Source: a virus (lineage: Duplodnaviria; Caudoviricetes). Taken from it: a DNA stretch of 60,657 nt. The notes beneath the pieces are model-generated. The model searched no databases. It was not told the origin of the DNA and saw nothing but the letters and a program-made list of their open reading frames with translations. The translations under genes were made by a program, and so were the position numbers. Shown in pieces: positions 38,749 through 47,601 of the stretch (positions are counted from its first letter, which is position 1; every line of letters begins with the position of its first letter). The DNA lies in the IMG/VR virus record IMGVR_UViG_3300028895_000276, positions 1 to 60,657 of that record; one strand, given 5' to 3'.

Positions 38749-39274
38749 ACTGCACGACACCTTGCATGCCGCCGTCTTCGACGAGACGAAGTTCTGGCGA
38801 CAAACACATTACGGCAGCCTAGCACACCTATGGGCAGCCCGCAGAGGACAGGCATTCAGTCTGTGCGGTGCACGCCGTAGCCGGCACGTAATCGAAAGCC
38901 AGATAGCACGACCGAACGCGAAGCGATGCGCCAAGTGCGAAGCGTACGCAGACGCCTACCGGCACAGTCTGCAGCCGCTGCAAGTCAGCTTCGGGTCGCA
39001 AGGATCCTTCACCGACGAACGGTGGATCATAGCAACCCACCTCTACCACGAACTAACCGAGGATATCGTGCAGAGCATCCTGGCACAAGTCACCAAGGAC
39101 CACGACAGACTGCCGGCAAGGGTCATCTGCAGTGACGGCAACAGATCAGCGGTGACCGCCGCCGTGCGCAGGTTCAACCGGATGGAACGCACCGTGGTCC
39201 TGAGCGAAGCAGACAGCGTATGCGAATCCGGTCATCTATGGATTAAACTGCAACACGGGAGGGTCTACTCATGA
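38735..39274 (+). CDS. Hypothetical protein with a zinc-finger-like segment
   Basis: H...SLCG...CAKC pattern. Confidence 0.65.
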   Translation: MTPVKLHDTLHAAVFDETKFWRQTHYGSLAHLWAARRGQAFSLCGARRSRHVIESQIARPNAKRCAKCEAYADAYRHSLQPLQVSFGSQGSFTDERWIIATHLYHELTEDIVQSILAQVTKDHDRLPARVICSDGNRSAVTAAVRRFNRMERTVVLSEADSVCESGHLWIKLQHGRVYS

Positions 39275-39573
39275 CCAGACGTATCGTACGCGTGGACGAG
39301 ATATCAGGAGACAAGCGCGATGCCAGCGTAGTACGCCGCATCACCGTACCGTTTACGCCGGCTGAACTCGGTATCCTAGGCCGGGCAGCGGATGAAGCTG
39401 GCACCAACTTCAAACACCTCGTCAGATGCCTGGTGATCACAGGACTGCTGCAGCACTTCAGCGAGATAGCTAACCCGCTGCAGCACATCCTCACCGACGA
39501 GACTGACGATACCATCCACGAAAGTCTGCTACTGCCCGAGGTGGCTGATGGCAACCAGGATCTTGATGGGTAG
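39271..39573 (+). CDS. Small protein, possibly ribbon-helix-helix DNA-binding
   Basis: RRITVPFTPAEL..L..AA...G.NF..LVR pattern. Confidence 0.5.
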   Translation: MTRRIVRVDEISGDKRDASVVRRITVPFTPAELGILGRAADEAGTNFKHLVRCLVITGLLQHFSEIANPLQHILTDETDDTIHESLLLPEVADGNQDLDG

Positions 39574-40468
39574 TGCAGCCCTAGCTGCAGCAGCAGCCGA
39601 GGCCCTGCACACCGTCCTCAACCAGAAGACCGAGAGCGAGTATGCAGGACCGTGCCCCAAGTGCGGAGGTGAGGACCGGTTCGTCGTCTTCACGGATGGC
39701 AAACCGCGCTACTGGTGCAGGCAATGCGGGTACCGTGGTTTCCTGGACGGTATTCTAGAGATGACAGACGAGGACCGCGCCGCATACCAGGCAGCATCAG
39801 AAGAGCAGCGCGCCGCCGAAGCAGCCGCACGCGTCAAAGCCGAAGCCAAGATGGCCGAGAGCAAGGACCATCTGCAGTACTACAGTGCACTGCTAGCCAG
39901 ACCCGAACACATAGCCTACTGGACCGGTGAGGGCATCACCATGGATAGCATCCACAGATTCCAACTAGGATGGTGCGCTCACTGCCCCACCGACAGCGAA
40001 GGACGGTCCTCGTACACAATACCGATGTGGCGCGAAGGGAAGCTGGTTAACATTCGTCACCGACTGGAGACCACCGCATCTGGAGACCGCTACCGCCCAC
40101 ACGCCAAGCACCTACCGCGCAAGCTGCTGTTCAACCACGACGAGGCATTCGGCGCCAGTACCGGTATCATCCTGGAAGGCGCCAAGAAAGCCATCGTGCT
40201 AGGGCAACTTGGCTATGCTACGGTAGCCATCTGCGGCAAAAGCAACTACGACGAGAGGACCCTGGCACCGATACGGCACTGGGATCCAGCTTACGTGATG
40301 CTTGACCCGGATGCTACCGACACCGCGCTAGACATAGCCCGCATGTTGCACGGCAGAGGCTACCTAGTCAAGACCATCGTGAAGCCTGACGACCTCATCG
40401 TGCAGGGACACGGCAGCGCCGCCGATGTGGCACTGCTGCTGAAGTACGCTAGGAGGATCACACCATGA
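39548..40468 (+). CDS. DNA primase (zinc-binding + TOPRIM)
   Basis: GPCPKCGGEDRF..YWCRQC; IILEG..KA; MLDPD; KPDD. Confidence 0.85.
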   Translation: MATRILMGSAALAAAAAEALHTVLNQKTESEYAGPCPKCGGEDRFVVFTDGKPRYWCRQCGYRGFLDGILEMTDEDRAAYQAASEEQRAAEAAARVKAEAKMAESKDHLQYYSALLARPEHIAYWTGEGITMDSIHRFQLGWCAHCPTDSEGRSSYTIPMWREGKLVNIRHRLETTASGDRYRPHAKHLPRKLLFNHDEAFGASTGIILEGAKKAIVLGQLGYATVAICGKSNYDERTLAPIRHWDPAYVMLDPDATDTALDIARMLHGRGYLVKTIVKPDDLIVQGHGSAADVALLLKYARRITP

Positions 40469-40821
40469 ACAAGCAACTCAGCATGCTGCCACGCGTCAAG
40501 ACGCGCCAGCACGGACCGGGTGCACTGGATCCACACACGCCGCAGCAGAAGCGACTGTTTCAGGAGCTGCACCGCACCTACGCCGCGCTAGGACGACGAG
40601 CGCCTCGCCGGTTCGCAACCATCCAACAGGCAGAAGCCTACCAAACCGCCGCCGAGGAGCTAGGTGACGAATACAACGAGCTACTGCTCATGTCACTGCA
40701 AGCCGGCAGGACCAGCATGGCCGGCGTGTTGCGCTACCTGCAAGCGTGCGTTAGGTCGCGCAAAGAGACAGCCAGCGACGACAGCGAACCCAACGTCGTA
40801 AAGATGCCATGGACGGACTGA
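40465..40821 (+). CDS. Hypothetical protein (replication cluster)
   Basis: Coupled between primase and helicase. Confidence 0.65.
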   Translation: MNKQLSMLPRVKTRQHGPGALDPHTPQQKRLFQELHRTYAALGRRAPRRFATIQQAEAYQTAAEELGDEYNELLLMSLQAGRTSMAGVLRYLQACVRSRKETASDDSEPNVVKMPWTD

Positions 40822-41804
40822 CAGACGGGTCTCGCGGCATCGTCCACTCACCTGAGGACATCAGCCGCGCCACTACCGAATGGGCAAACCGCTGGACCGG
40901 TGACTACGGTCTAGGATTTGACTTCGGCGTGGACATCGTGGATCAGGATATGCTACCCTTCCGACCAGGCAGACAGACCATCGTCATAGCGCGTCCTGGC
41001 AATGGCAAGACCACGCTGCTGTGCTACATCACCACGCAGATCTGCAAGCAGCTAATAGAGCGACAGCAACCCAACAAGGCAGTCATCGCGTTCACGTGGG
41101 AGCAGTACGTCGAGGAGCTAGCAGCTACCATCGCTGCCACACCCGGTGCCATGCTGGGAGAGATCGAGCGTGGAGAAGCCAACCCTAACGCCATCACCGA
41201 GATGGGTATGCGCCTGCTGCGTCTGCCGCTCTGGATAGTAGGGTACAGCTACGAGCTACAGGACTACGTCATCACCTCGCTGGATGGCAAGAGCCACAAG
41301 CTACCCAAGCTAACACCAGACGCTATCACATCGGCTGTTGACTGGATATACAACGAGTATGGCGTCGAGCCGGCAGCATTCACCTACGACTACCTGCAGG
41401 AAATGACCATACCTGGAGACTTCGACAAACGGCAGCAGGTTGACTCTGCAGCACATACCACGAAAGAGATGGCGCTCAGGTACGAAGCACCCAGCATCGT
41501 AGCCGCACAGGCCAAGCGCGAGGTGGACGACTACAAGTTCAAGACGCCGATGCTGGGAGACTGCCAATGGTCGAGTGTGGGAGAGCAGGTCAGCGATACG
41601 GTACTAGGACTGTGGATGCCCTACATCGCGATGGGACAGGGAGAGCTAGACATCCACGGCACGCGCTATGAGGTCACGCCCAAGATGCTTGTCTGCCGCA
41701 TGAACAAACAGCGCGGAGGAATTCCCCGCGCCACGTGGGTGCTGGCCATCAACCATCGCCGGCTGAGCCTAAGCGAATATGTGGAAATAGAGGACCTCTA
41801 CTAG
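40809..41804 (+). CDS. dnaB: DnaB-like replicative helicase (C-terminal domain only)
   Basis: ARPGNGKT Walker A, DYLQ, AQAKRE, EQVSD, KQRGG. Confidence 0.9.
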   Translation: MDGLTDGSRGIVHSPEDISRATTEWANRWTGDYGLGFDFGVDIVDQDMLPFRPGRQTIVIARPGNGKTTLLCYITTQICKQLIERQQPNKAVIAFTWEQYVEELAATIAATPGAMLGEIERGEANPNAITEMGMRLLRLPLWIVGYSYELQDYVITSLDGKSHKLPKLTPDAITSAVDWIYNEYGVEPAAFTYDYLQEMTIPGDFDKRQQVDSAAHTTKEMALRYEAPSIVAAQAKREVDDYKFKTPMLGDCQWSSVGEQVSDTVLGLWMPYIAMGQGELDIHGTRYEVTPKMLVCRMNKQRGGIPRATWVLAINHRRLSLSEYVEIEDLY

Positions 41805-41922
41805 ATGGATCTCGCACGCGTAAGGACTACCCCTACCCCAAGACGTATGGAGGATACATGTAACGTGCTTACCCCGGTAACACGGACGTATCCGCATTTT
41901 GGGGAAGTGGGGCAGGGGACTA

Positions 41923-41988
41923 ATGATAGGTGTCATGTACGACTAGGACGACCGCCACTTGACGCCTACGGACAGGGTGTGGTTTAAT
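41923..41988 (+). promoter_or_regulatory. Polymerase promoter with operator
   Basis: ATGATAGGTGTCAT 41923, TTGACG 41959, TGTGG-TTTAAT 41983. Confidence 0.8.
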
Positions 41989-42013
41989 AGTGCACAAGCA
42001 AGGAGGGACGACC

Positions 42014-43825
42014 ATGAGCTACTACGCCTTAAGCTTCGAACCCGGTGACGTAGAAGAGCCTCTGACAGCAGAGGACATCGCCGCGATAGCTGCATCAGAT
42101 ATGGTGGCTATCGACACGGAGACCACCGGGCTGGACTACGACAGCAGGATCCTTGGTATTAGCGTAGCGTGGCGCGTGCCCGGTGCTATGCACAGTGCCT
42201 ACCTGAACCTTAGTCACCCGCTGAGCCTGTTTTCAGCACGCATCGACGACGACATCGTCGCGGACGTGATGAGAGCGGTCTTTGAACCGGACCGACCGGT
42301 GGCTCTGCTAAACGCCGTCTTCGACATAGAGAAGCTGTCACGCTGGGGTCACCTGGAGCTGCCTATCGAATACCCGTACCTCTACGACGCACAGATCCTG
42401 GCGCGTTGGCTGATGTCCTTCGAGAAGTTCCAAGGCGTCAGCATGGAGAAGCTAGTTAGCCGGCGCCTAGGCGGCATGCCGCCGTGGATGAGCAGCATGA
42501 AGAAGATGAGGTCCAAGCTAGGGACGCTACCAGCGGAGAAGGTCAGCCCGTACGCCCGCGCCGACGCCGAGTTCACCTTGATGCTGGTCGAGGATCTGAT
42601 GCGCGAGGGTAGACTGCTCTACGACGACGAAGTCCTAGACACGATGCTGGAACGCGAGAGCCGGTTTTTGTGGTTACTCACCCGGATCCAGCGACACGGT
42701 ATCCTGCTGGACCTCGAAGAGATCCACGAGCGGTCCGTACGAATGACCGCAGACATGCAAGAGCTGCGAGCGTTCCTGAAGCAGAACGGCATTCACAACC
42801 CGGACAGCCGCGATAGCGTTCTCAAGGGTCTACCTATGCACATCGTGGCAGGACTACCGCAGACCGACAACGGCAACTACAAGATCGACAGTGCTGCCCT
42901 AGCCGGAAAAGGACCGGTGGCCGAGGCAGTATTGCGCTATCGCAGTTTAGGCAAGGCCGTTGGTACGTGGCTGGACGGTTTCCGCAGCAAGGTAGCCAGC
43001 GATGGCCGGCTGCATCCGCGATTCCGCGCTGCCGGCACGGTCTCTGGCCGGCTGTCCTGCAACGAGCCGAATTTGCAGGCTGTCCCACTAGCGGACCGTG
43101 GCGCCGCGTTCGGTAGCCTGATGGGTATATTCAAGGCAGCACCTGGATTCTCGCTGTTGGCTGCAGACTACGAGCAAGCCGAGCTTCGGACGTGCGCCGC
43201 GTATGCTAAGTCTACCGCTATGGCCAACGCATTCAAGAACGGAGAGGATATTCACTCGTTTGCTGCTAGTCTGATGTGGCCGGACTCGGAGATCAACTAC
43301 GAGCTACGGCAGCTAGGCAAACGTTGCAACTACTGCACCACCTACGGTGGCGGGTACCGTGCGCTGGCCGAGAACACTGGCATACCTGAGAGCGAAGCCA
43401 AGATCGTCATCAACACGTACCGTCGTGCCTTCCCTGAACTGGTAGCAGCACAGAATCGCGCCGGTGACGTATGGGAGCAGCGAGGGTACATCACGATGTG
43501 GAATGGCCGCCGGCACTACAAGTCACCTAACGACGGCAGCTACAAAGCCTTCAACCAGGTCATGCAGGGTGACGTAGCTGAGCTGGTCAAGGACGCTATG
43601 CTGAGTGTGGACGCCCGGTTCGCAGAGATGGGTGTTGGCAACATCGTGCTACAGATCCACGACAGCATCGAAGTCGAGGTACAGACCGACGCCGTCGAGG
43701 ACGTGAAAGCGATGATGCGTAAGGAGATGGTAGCCGCCGCACCGCTGCACATCATGAACCGCACTGAGCCGCCTATCACCATGGACGTTGGGTTCGAGAA
43801 CTGGTACCCCGAGGAGGACGAATGA
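42014..43825 (+). CDS. polA: Family A DNA polymerase with 3'-5' exonuclease (candidate DpoZ)
   Basis: Exo I DTETTG, Exo II NAVFD, Exo III YARAD; SGRLS..PNLQ; motif A DYEQAELR; motif B KRCNYCTTYG; motif C IHDS. Confidence 0.95.
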   Translation: MSYYALSFEPGDVEEPLTAEDIAAIAASDMVAIDTETTGLDYDSRILGISVAWRVPGAMHSAYLNLSHPLSLFSARIDDDIVADVMRAVFEPDRPVALLNAVFDIEKLSRWGHLELPIEYPYLYDAQILARWLMSFEKFQGVSMEKLVSRRLGGMPPWMSSMKKMRSKLGTLPAEKVSPYARADAEFTLMLVEDLMREGRLLYDDEVLDTMLERESRFLWLLTRIQRHGILLDLEEIHERSVRMTADMQELRAFLKQNGIHNPDSRDSVLKGLPMHIVAGLPQTDNGNYKIDSAALAGKGPVAEAVLRYRSLGKAVGTWLDGFRSKVASDGRLHPRFRAAGTVSGRLSCNEPNLQAVPLADRGAAFGSLMGIFKAAPGFSLLAADYEQAELRTCAAYAKSTAMANAFKNGEDIHSFAASLMWPDSEINYELRQLGKRCNYCTTYGGGYRALAENTGIPESEAKIVINTYRRAFPELVAAQNRAGDVWEQRGYITMWNGRRHYKSPNDGSYKAFNQVMQGDVAELVKDAMLSVDARFAEMGVGNIVLQIHDSIEVEVQTDAVEDVKAMMRKEMVAAAPLHIMNRTEPPITMDVGFENWYPEEDE

Positions 43826-44448
43826 CCGAAGAGAAAGAGCCGTATCTGGACCACCCCAGCGCCACAGAGCAAGACGCTACCTGGAGGAACACATCCAGCG
43901 TGGATTGGCTGTCGCCACCCGAGGTGCTAGCAGCCGCCCGCAACGTCATGGGCAAGTTCGATCTCGATCCAGCCAGCAGCGAGAAGGCTAACCAGTTCGT
44001 GCGCGCCGAGGTATTCTTCGGACAGGACAACGGCACGGACGGTCTGCAGATGCCCTGGCGTGGCAGGGTCTGGTTGAATCCACCATACGGTAAGTACAAA
44101 CCGGGTGTCAGCCGTGCCGGCATGTGGGGCAAGAAGCTACTCGAGGAGTACATCGCAGGCAAGGTAATAGAAGCGTGCCTGTACGTCAAGACCGCCGTTG
44201 GCTATAAGTGGTTCGACAAACTACTGCAGCAGGCCGATGCCGTCTGTTTCCTGTGGGGTCTGCCCGAGCACCTGAACCTCGTAGACAACCGCTACGGGAA
44301 GTGCAAGATGGGCAGAGCAGTGATGTACTACGGGTCGCACCCTGCACAGTTCGTGCAGTGCTTTAGGCACCTAGGCTATTTCCGGTTCGACGCCGCCGAC
44401 CGCACGGATTACCACGTCCTACGCGCTGTTGGTATGGCCAAATTCTAA
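43822..44448 (+). CDS. Phage DNA N6-adenine (amino) methyltransferase
   Basis: W.SPP, FDLDPAS, DGL..PW.GRVWLNPPYG motifs of the phage Dam-like family. Confidence 0.9.
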   Translation: MTEEKEPYLDHPSATEQDATWRNTSSVDWLSPPEVLAAARNVMGKFDLDPASSEKANQFVRAEVFFGQDNGTDGLQMPWRGRVWLNPPYGKYKPGVSRAGMWGKKLLEEYIAGKVIEACLYVKTAVGYKWFDKLLQQADAVCFLWGLPEHLNLVDNRYGKCKMGRAVMYYGSHPAQFVQCFRHLGYFRFDAADRTDYHVLRAVGMAKF

Positions 44449-44462
44449 CGGAAGGAGACACC

Positions 44463-44786
44463 ATGAAGGACTCGTTGCAAGCGAAGGTCGGATCCGTGCT
44501 GTTCATGTTGGCGATGATTGGGTTGACCATCGGCGCCGCTGCCTACTTCGGCAATCTGCTGATCGAGGAGATAGTCAGCAACCGCGCCGAGACCATCCTG
44601 GCGAACGGTGAGCTGGCTATCGATGAAGCCATCGCCCGCAGCATCGACGCCGGCACAGCCGCTTCGATGGCAGACACCAGGCTAGCCACCGCTATGTCCT
44701 GGTACCCGTTCGTCATCGGAGTAACTGCCGTGTTCGCTGTCGTTTTCTACGTCCTACTGACAGCGCCGGCACGGAAGAACAGTTAA
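44463..44786 (+). CDS. Two-TM membrane protein
   Basis: N- and C-terminal hydrophobic helices; RBS AAGGAG. Confidence 0.7.
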   Translation: MKDSLQAKVGSVLFMLAMIGLTIGAAAYFGNLLIEEIVSNRAETILANGELAIDEAIARSIDAGTAASMADTRLATAMSWYPFVIGVTAVFAVVFYVLLTAPARKNS

Positions 44787-44788
44787 TA

Positions 44789-44845
44789 GTCATGTGTAGC
44801 TAGTGACACCTGACACTAGCACGGAGCAGCAAACTGGTGTTTAAT
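44789..44845 (+). promoter_or_regulatory. Operator-type promoter of the purZ operon
   Basis: Half site GTCAT 44789, GTGACACCTGACAC 44803, TTTAAT 44840; no TTGACA. Confidence 0.65.
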
Positions 44846-44876
44846 AGGGTCACGTCACAACCCACAGGAGGAAGCG

Positions 44877-45974
44877 ATGTTACAGCAGGTATGGAGTATC
44901 GTTGGCGGTCAGGCCGGCAGCGAAGGCAAAGGCAAGGCAGCCGGGTATCTGGCAGCCGCTCTCAAGCCCGAGGTGGTAGCGTGCGCGTTCACCGCCAACG
45001 CTGGCCACACAGCGTATGACCGGGACGGCAACAAGATCGTCGTGCACACCATCCCGATTGGCGCGTTCTTCGGCGCAAAGCTGGTCGTCATCGGACCGGG
45101 TGCTGCCATCCGCACGTGGCGCCTGATCGAGGAGATGGAAGCGTTGCACCGCGTGAACCCGGACTGCAAGGTGCTGCTAGACGAGAACGTGGTACTCATC
45201 TCACCGGAGCAGGTAGCGTGGGAAGCCGAGACGATGAAGAAGATCTCGTCCACGTGCCAAGGCGTGGGACGCGCACAGGCCGACAGGCTACTGCGGCAGG
45301 GTCGCGCAGACACCGCTAGCAACCACGCACCCACCTTCATCGAAGGTCTCACAGTAGGCAGCGCCGCCGAGGTGTTGCAGGTGCGCTACGATTCCGGTGA
45401 CAAGATCCAGATCGAAGGTTGTCAAGGTATCGACATCGACCTACTACACGGGATCCAGTACCCGTACTGCACCAGCCGCAGCATCACCGCCGCAGCCGTG
45501 GCTAACGACTGTGGATTCCCTGCAACCCGCGTGGACAGCGTGGTCTCGGTGTTCCGCACCTACCCTATCCGCGTGGGCAACGTGGTTGAGGAAGGCAAGC
45601 AGGTTGGATGGAGCGGACCTATCCCACGGGACAGCGACGAGTTGACGTGGGACGAGATGACCAAGCTGGCCGGCAGCCCCGAGAGACTAGAGGAGCGAAC
45701 CACCGTCACCAAGAAGGTACGCCGCATCTTCACGTGGAGCCGGCAGCGCTACATCGTCTCGCAGTGGCTGAACAACGCCACGCACGCGTGGGTTAACTTC
45801 GGTGACTACCTCGACTGGAACATCCACGGCGTGTGCGGCAACACCACAGAGCTGCATAGCATCAGCAAGACCGCTGCGCAGTGGGTTGACACCGAGATCG
45901 GCATGTCACACCTGCTGGCACTCGGTACCGGTCCTGGCATGGATGACGTGATCGCGCATCCTAGACTGAGGTAG
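44877..45974 (+). CDS. purZ: N6-succino-2-amino-dAMP synthetase (PurZ/PurZ0 type, PurA paralogue)
   Basis: GGQAGSEGKGK (Ser for the PurA Asp of GDEGKGK), NAGHT, EGCQG, YPYCTSR, RTYPIRVG, ERTTVTKKVRR, LGTGP; 365 aa. Confidence 0.88.
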   Translation: MLQQVWSIVGGQAGSEGKGKAAGYLAAALKPEVVACAFTANAGHTAYDRDGNKIVVHTIPIGAFFGAKLVVIGPGAAIRTWRLIEEMEALHRVNPDCKVLLDENVVLISPEQVAWEAETMKKISSTCQGVGRAQADRLLRQGRADTASNHAPTFIEGLTVGSAAEVLQVRYDSGDKIQIEGCQGIDIDLLHGIQYPYCTSRSITAAAVANDCGFPATRVDSVVSVFRTYPIRVGNVVEEGKQVGWSGPIPRDSDELTWDEMTKLAGSPERLEERTTVTKKVRRIFTWSRQRYIVSQWLNNATHAWVNFGDYLDWNIHGVCGNTTELHSISKTAAQWVDTEIGMSHLLALGTGPGMDDVIAHPRLR

Positions 45975-45976
45975 CG

Positions 45977-47116
45977 ATGATCGAGCGCTACAACAACGCA
46001 GACATCGCTGGTATCTGGAGCACCACGAGCCAGTACCAGCGATGGCTGGACATCGAGAGGACTTGGATACGCTGCTTACTGGACATCGATCCACCGATGG
46101 TACCAGGAGAGGTGGTTATTCACGACATCCGCGTCAATACGTACGAGATCGAGCACTTCGAGACCGTGACACACCACGATGTGCGAGCATTCCTGATGTG
46201 GCTAGAGCGTGAGCTGCCGTCGCCGCTACGCAGATACCTACACCTAGGACTAACAAGCTCTGATGTCGTAGACACCGGCACAGCCCTAGCAGTGCGCGGT
46301 AGCGTGCGCGTGTTGGATGATATCTACAGCCGGCTGATACACTACCTGTACAAGAGTGCAGCCAGCGCGCCGCCGCTGCTACCATCCTACTCACACGGGC
46401 AGCCGGCACGCAGCATCTCGAGCGCCCACTTCTACCGGCGTCTAGAGATACCCATAGGTAGAGCGTTCTCAGAGGTGAGCGTATCGCAGCTGCCCATAGC
46501 CATCGGTGGTCCTACTGGCGAATGGTCAAGCTTACCACCAGGAGCCACGTCCACGCTGCTGCAAGCACGCTCATCTTTCAACGTCATCATGTCCACCCGC
46601 TACGGCGTAAAGAACGTAGCGCCGAGATCGCAGGCTCTGGACCGCTCTTACTACACGAAGCTAGCACAGGCACTCAGCAGGATGTCCAACGCACTGTCAC
46701 AGGCTGCCCTGCACCTGAGGTTCTACCACCTACGCGGTATGCTGCGGATAGGCGGTACAGCCTCATCATCAGCGATGCCGAACAAGAGCAACCCAGTACG
46801 CCTAGAGAAGGTGTGCGGCATGGCACGCGTAGCGCGAGGGTACGCTCTGATGGCCGGCTGCAACCAGGACACGTGGGAGCTACGCGACATCAGCAACTCG
46901 TCAGTAGAAAGGGTCTGGATGCCGGATCTGTTCCACACGGTGGCACACCAGGTTAGCACGCTCTGCAACGTGATCGCCAAGATGCAGTGGGTCGAGCCGG
47001 CAATCGACGCTGAGCTAGCAGCCTTCCCCAATGACCCATTCGGAAAGATGGTGGCGTTGCAAGCCACCGGGATGCACTACAACAAAGCATGGCGCACAGC
47101 CAAGGAGGACACATGA
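45977..47116 (+). CDS. purB: Adenylosuccinate lyase homologue
   Basis: HHDV, HLGLTSSDVVDT, SHGQPA, SSAMPNKSNP..E, RDISNSSVER; 379 aa, short C-terminus. Confidence 0.92.
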   Translation: MIERYNNADIAGIWSTTSQYQRWLDIERTWIRCLLDIDPPMVPGEVVIHDIRVNTYEIEHFETVTHHDVRAFLMWLERELPSPLRRYLHLGLTSSDVVDTGTALAVRGSVRVLDDIYSRLIHYLYKSAASAPPLLPSYSHGQPARSISSAHFYRRLEIPIGRAFSEVSVSQLPIAIGGPTGEWSSLPPGATSTLLQARSSFNVIMSTRYGVKNVAPRSQALDRSYYTKLAQALSRMSNALSQAALHLRFYHLRGMLRIGGTASSSAMPNKSNPVRLEKVCGMARVARGYALMAGCNQDTWELRDISNSSVERVWMPDLFHTVAHQVSTLCNVIAKMQWVEPAIDAELAAFPNDPFGKMVALQATGMHYNKAWRTAKEDT

Positions 47117-47601
47117 GCACTGACTACAGCCGGCTGGGAGTGGTACCTATTGCCGACGTCACACAGGACCACGTGCAAGGATACGCCCGCGAGATGACAC
47201 CCAGCGCCGGCATCGTTCCGCTACACGACATCGAGCGCGTCATCGCGAGTATGTTTCTCAAGGTCAGGGACGGCGCTATGGACCGGATGCCCGGTACCCT
47301 GTCATTGTACGATGACGCGATGGCTATAGCGCCTCGCGTGCCCGGTATCGCGGACAAGCAACACGCTTTGGCCGAGGTACGCGCACGCATCAAAGAGCGA
47401 GGCGAGCAGTACGGGTGTGCCGTCCTCAACCTGATGGGTACCTGGTACACTAGCTCAAACGTGGCTGCCAAGCTACTGCGCGTGTGGGATCACTGGACAC
47501 AGCACAAGATCCTACTGACCGACGAAGTGCTAGACATCGCTGGGTACTGCATCTTGAACATGGCGATACTCACCCACAGCATGGCCGAGGTCGGACAATG
47601 A
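47113..47601 (+). CDS. All-alpha nucleotide pyrophosphohydrolase-like protein (candidate MazZ analogue)
   Basis: KERGEQYG ... KLLR ... DEVLDIAGY pattern of nucleotide-modification-associated MazG-like domains; operonic with purZ. Confidence 0.6.
   Translation: MSTDYSRLGVVPIADVTQDHVQGYAREMTPSAGIVPLHDIERVIASMFLKVRDGAMDRMPGTLSLYDDAMAIAPRVPGIADKQHALAEVRARIKERGEQYGCAVLNLMGTWYTSSNVAAKLLRVWDHWTQHKILLTDEVLDIAGYCILNMAILTHSMAEVGQ

Noticed and set aside
41805-41987. 60-aa ORF or G-quadruplex between helicase and polymerase
   Set aside because: The ORF runs through the polymerase promoter; only three close G-tracts are present.
44877-47116. Ordinary purA-purB auxiliary metabolic genes
   Set aside because: The catalytic Asp is Ser, the protein is short, and its neighbours are dNTP-processing enzymes; not fully excluded without an assay.
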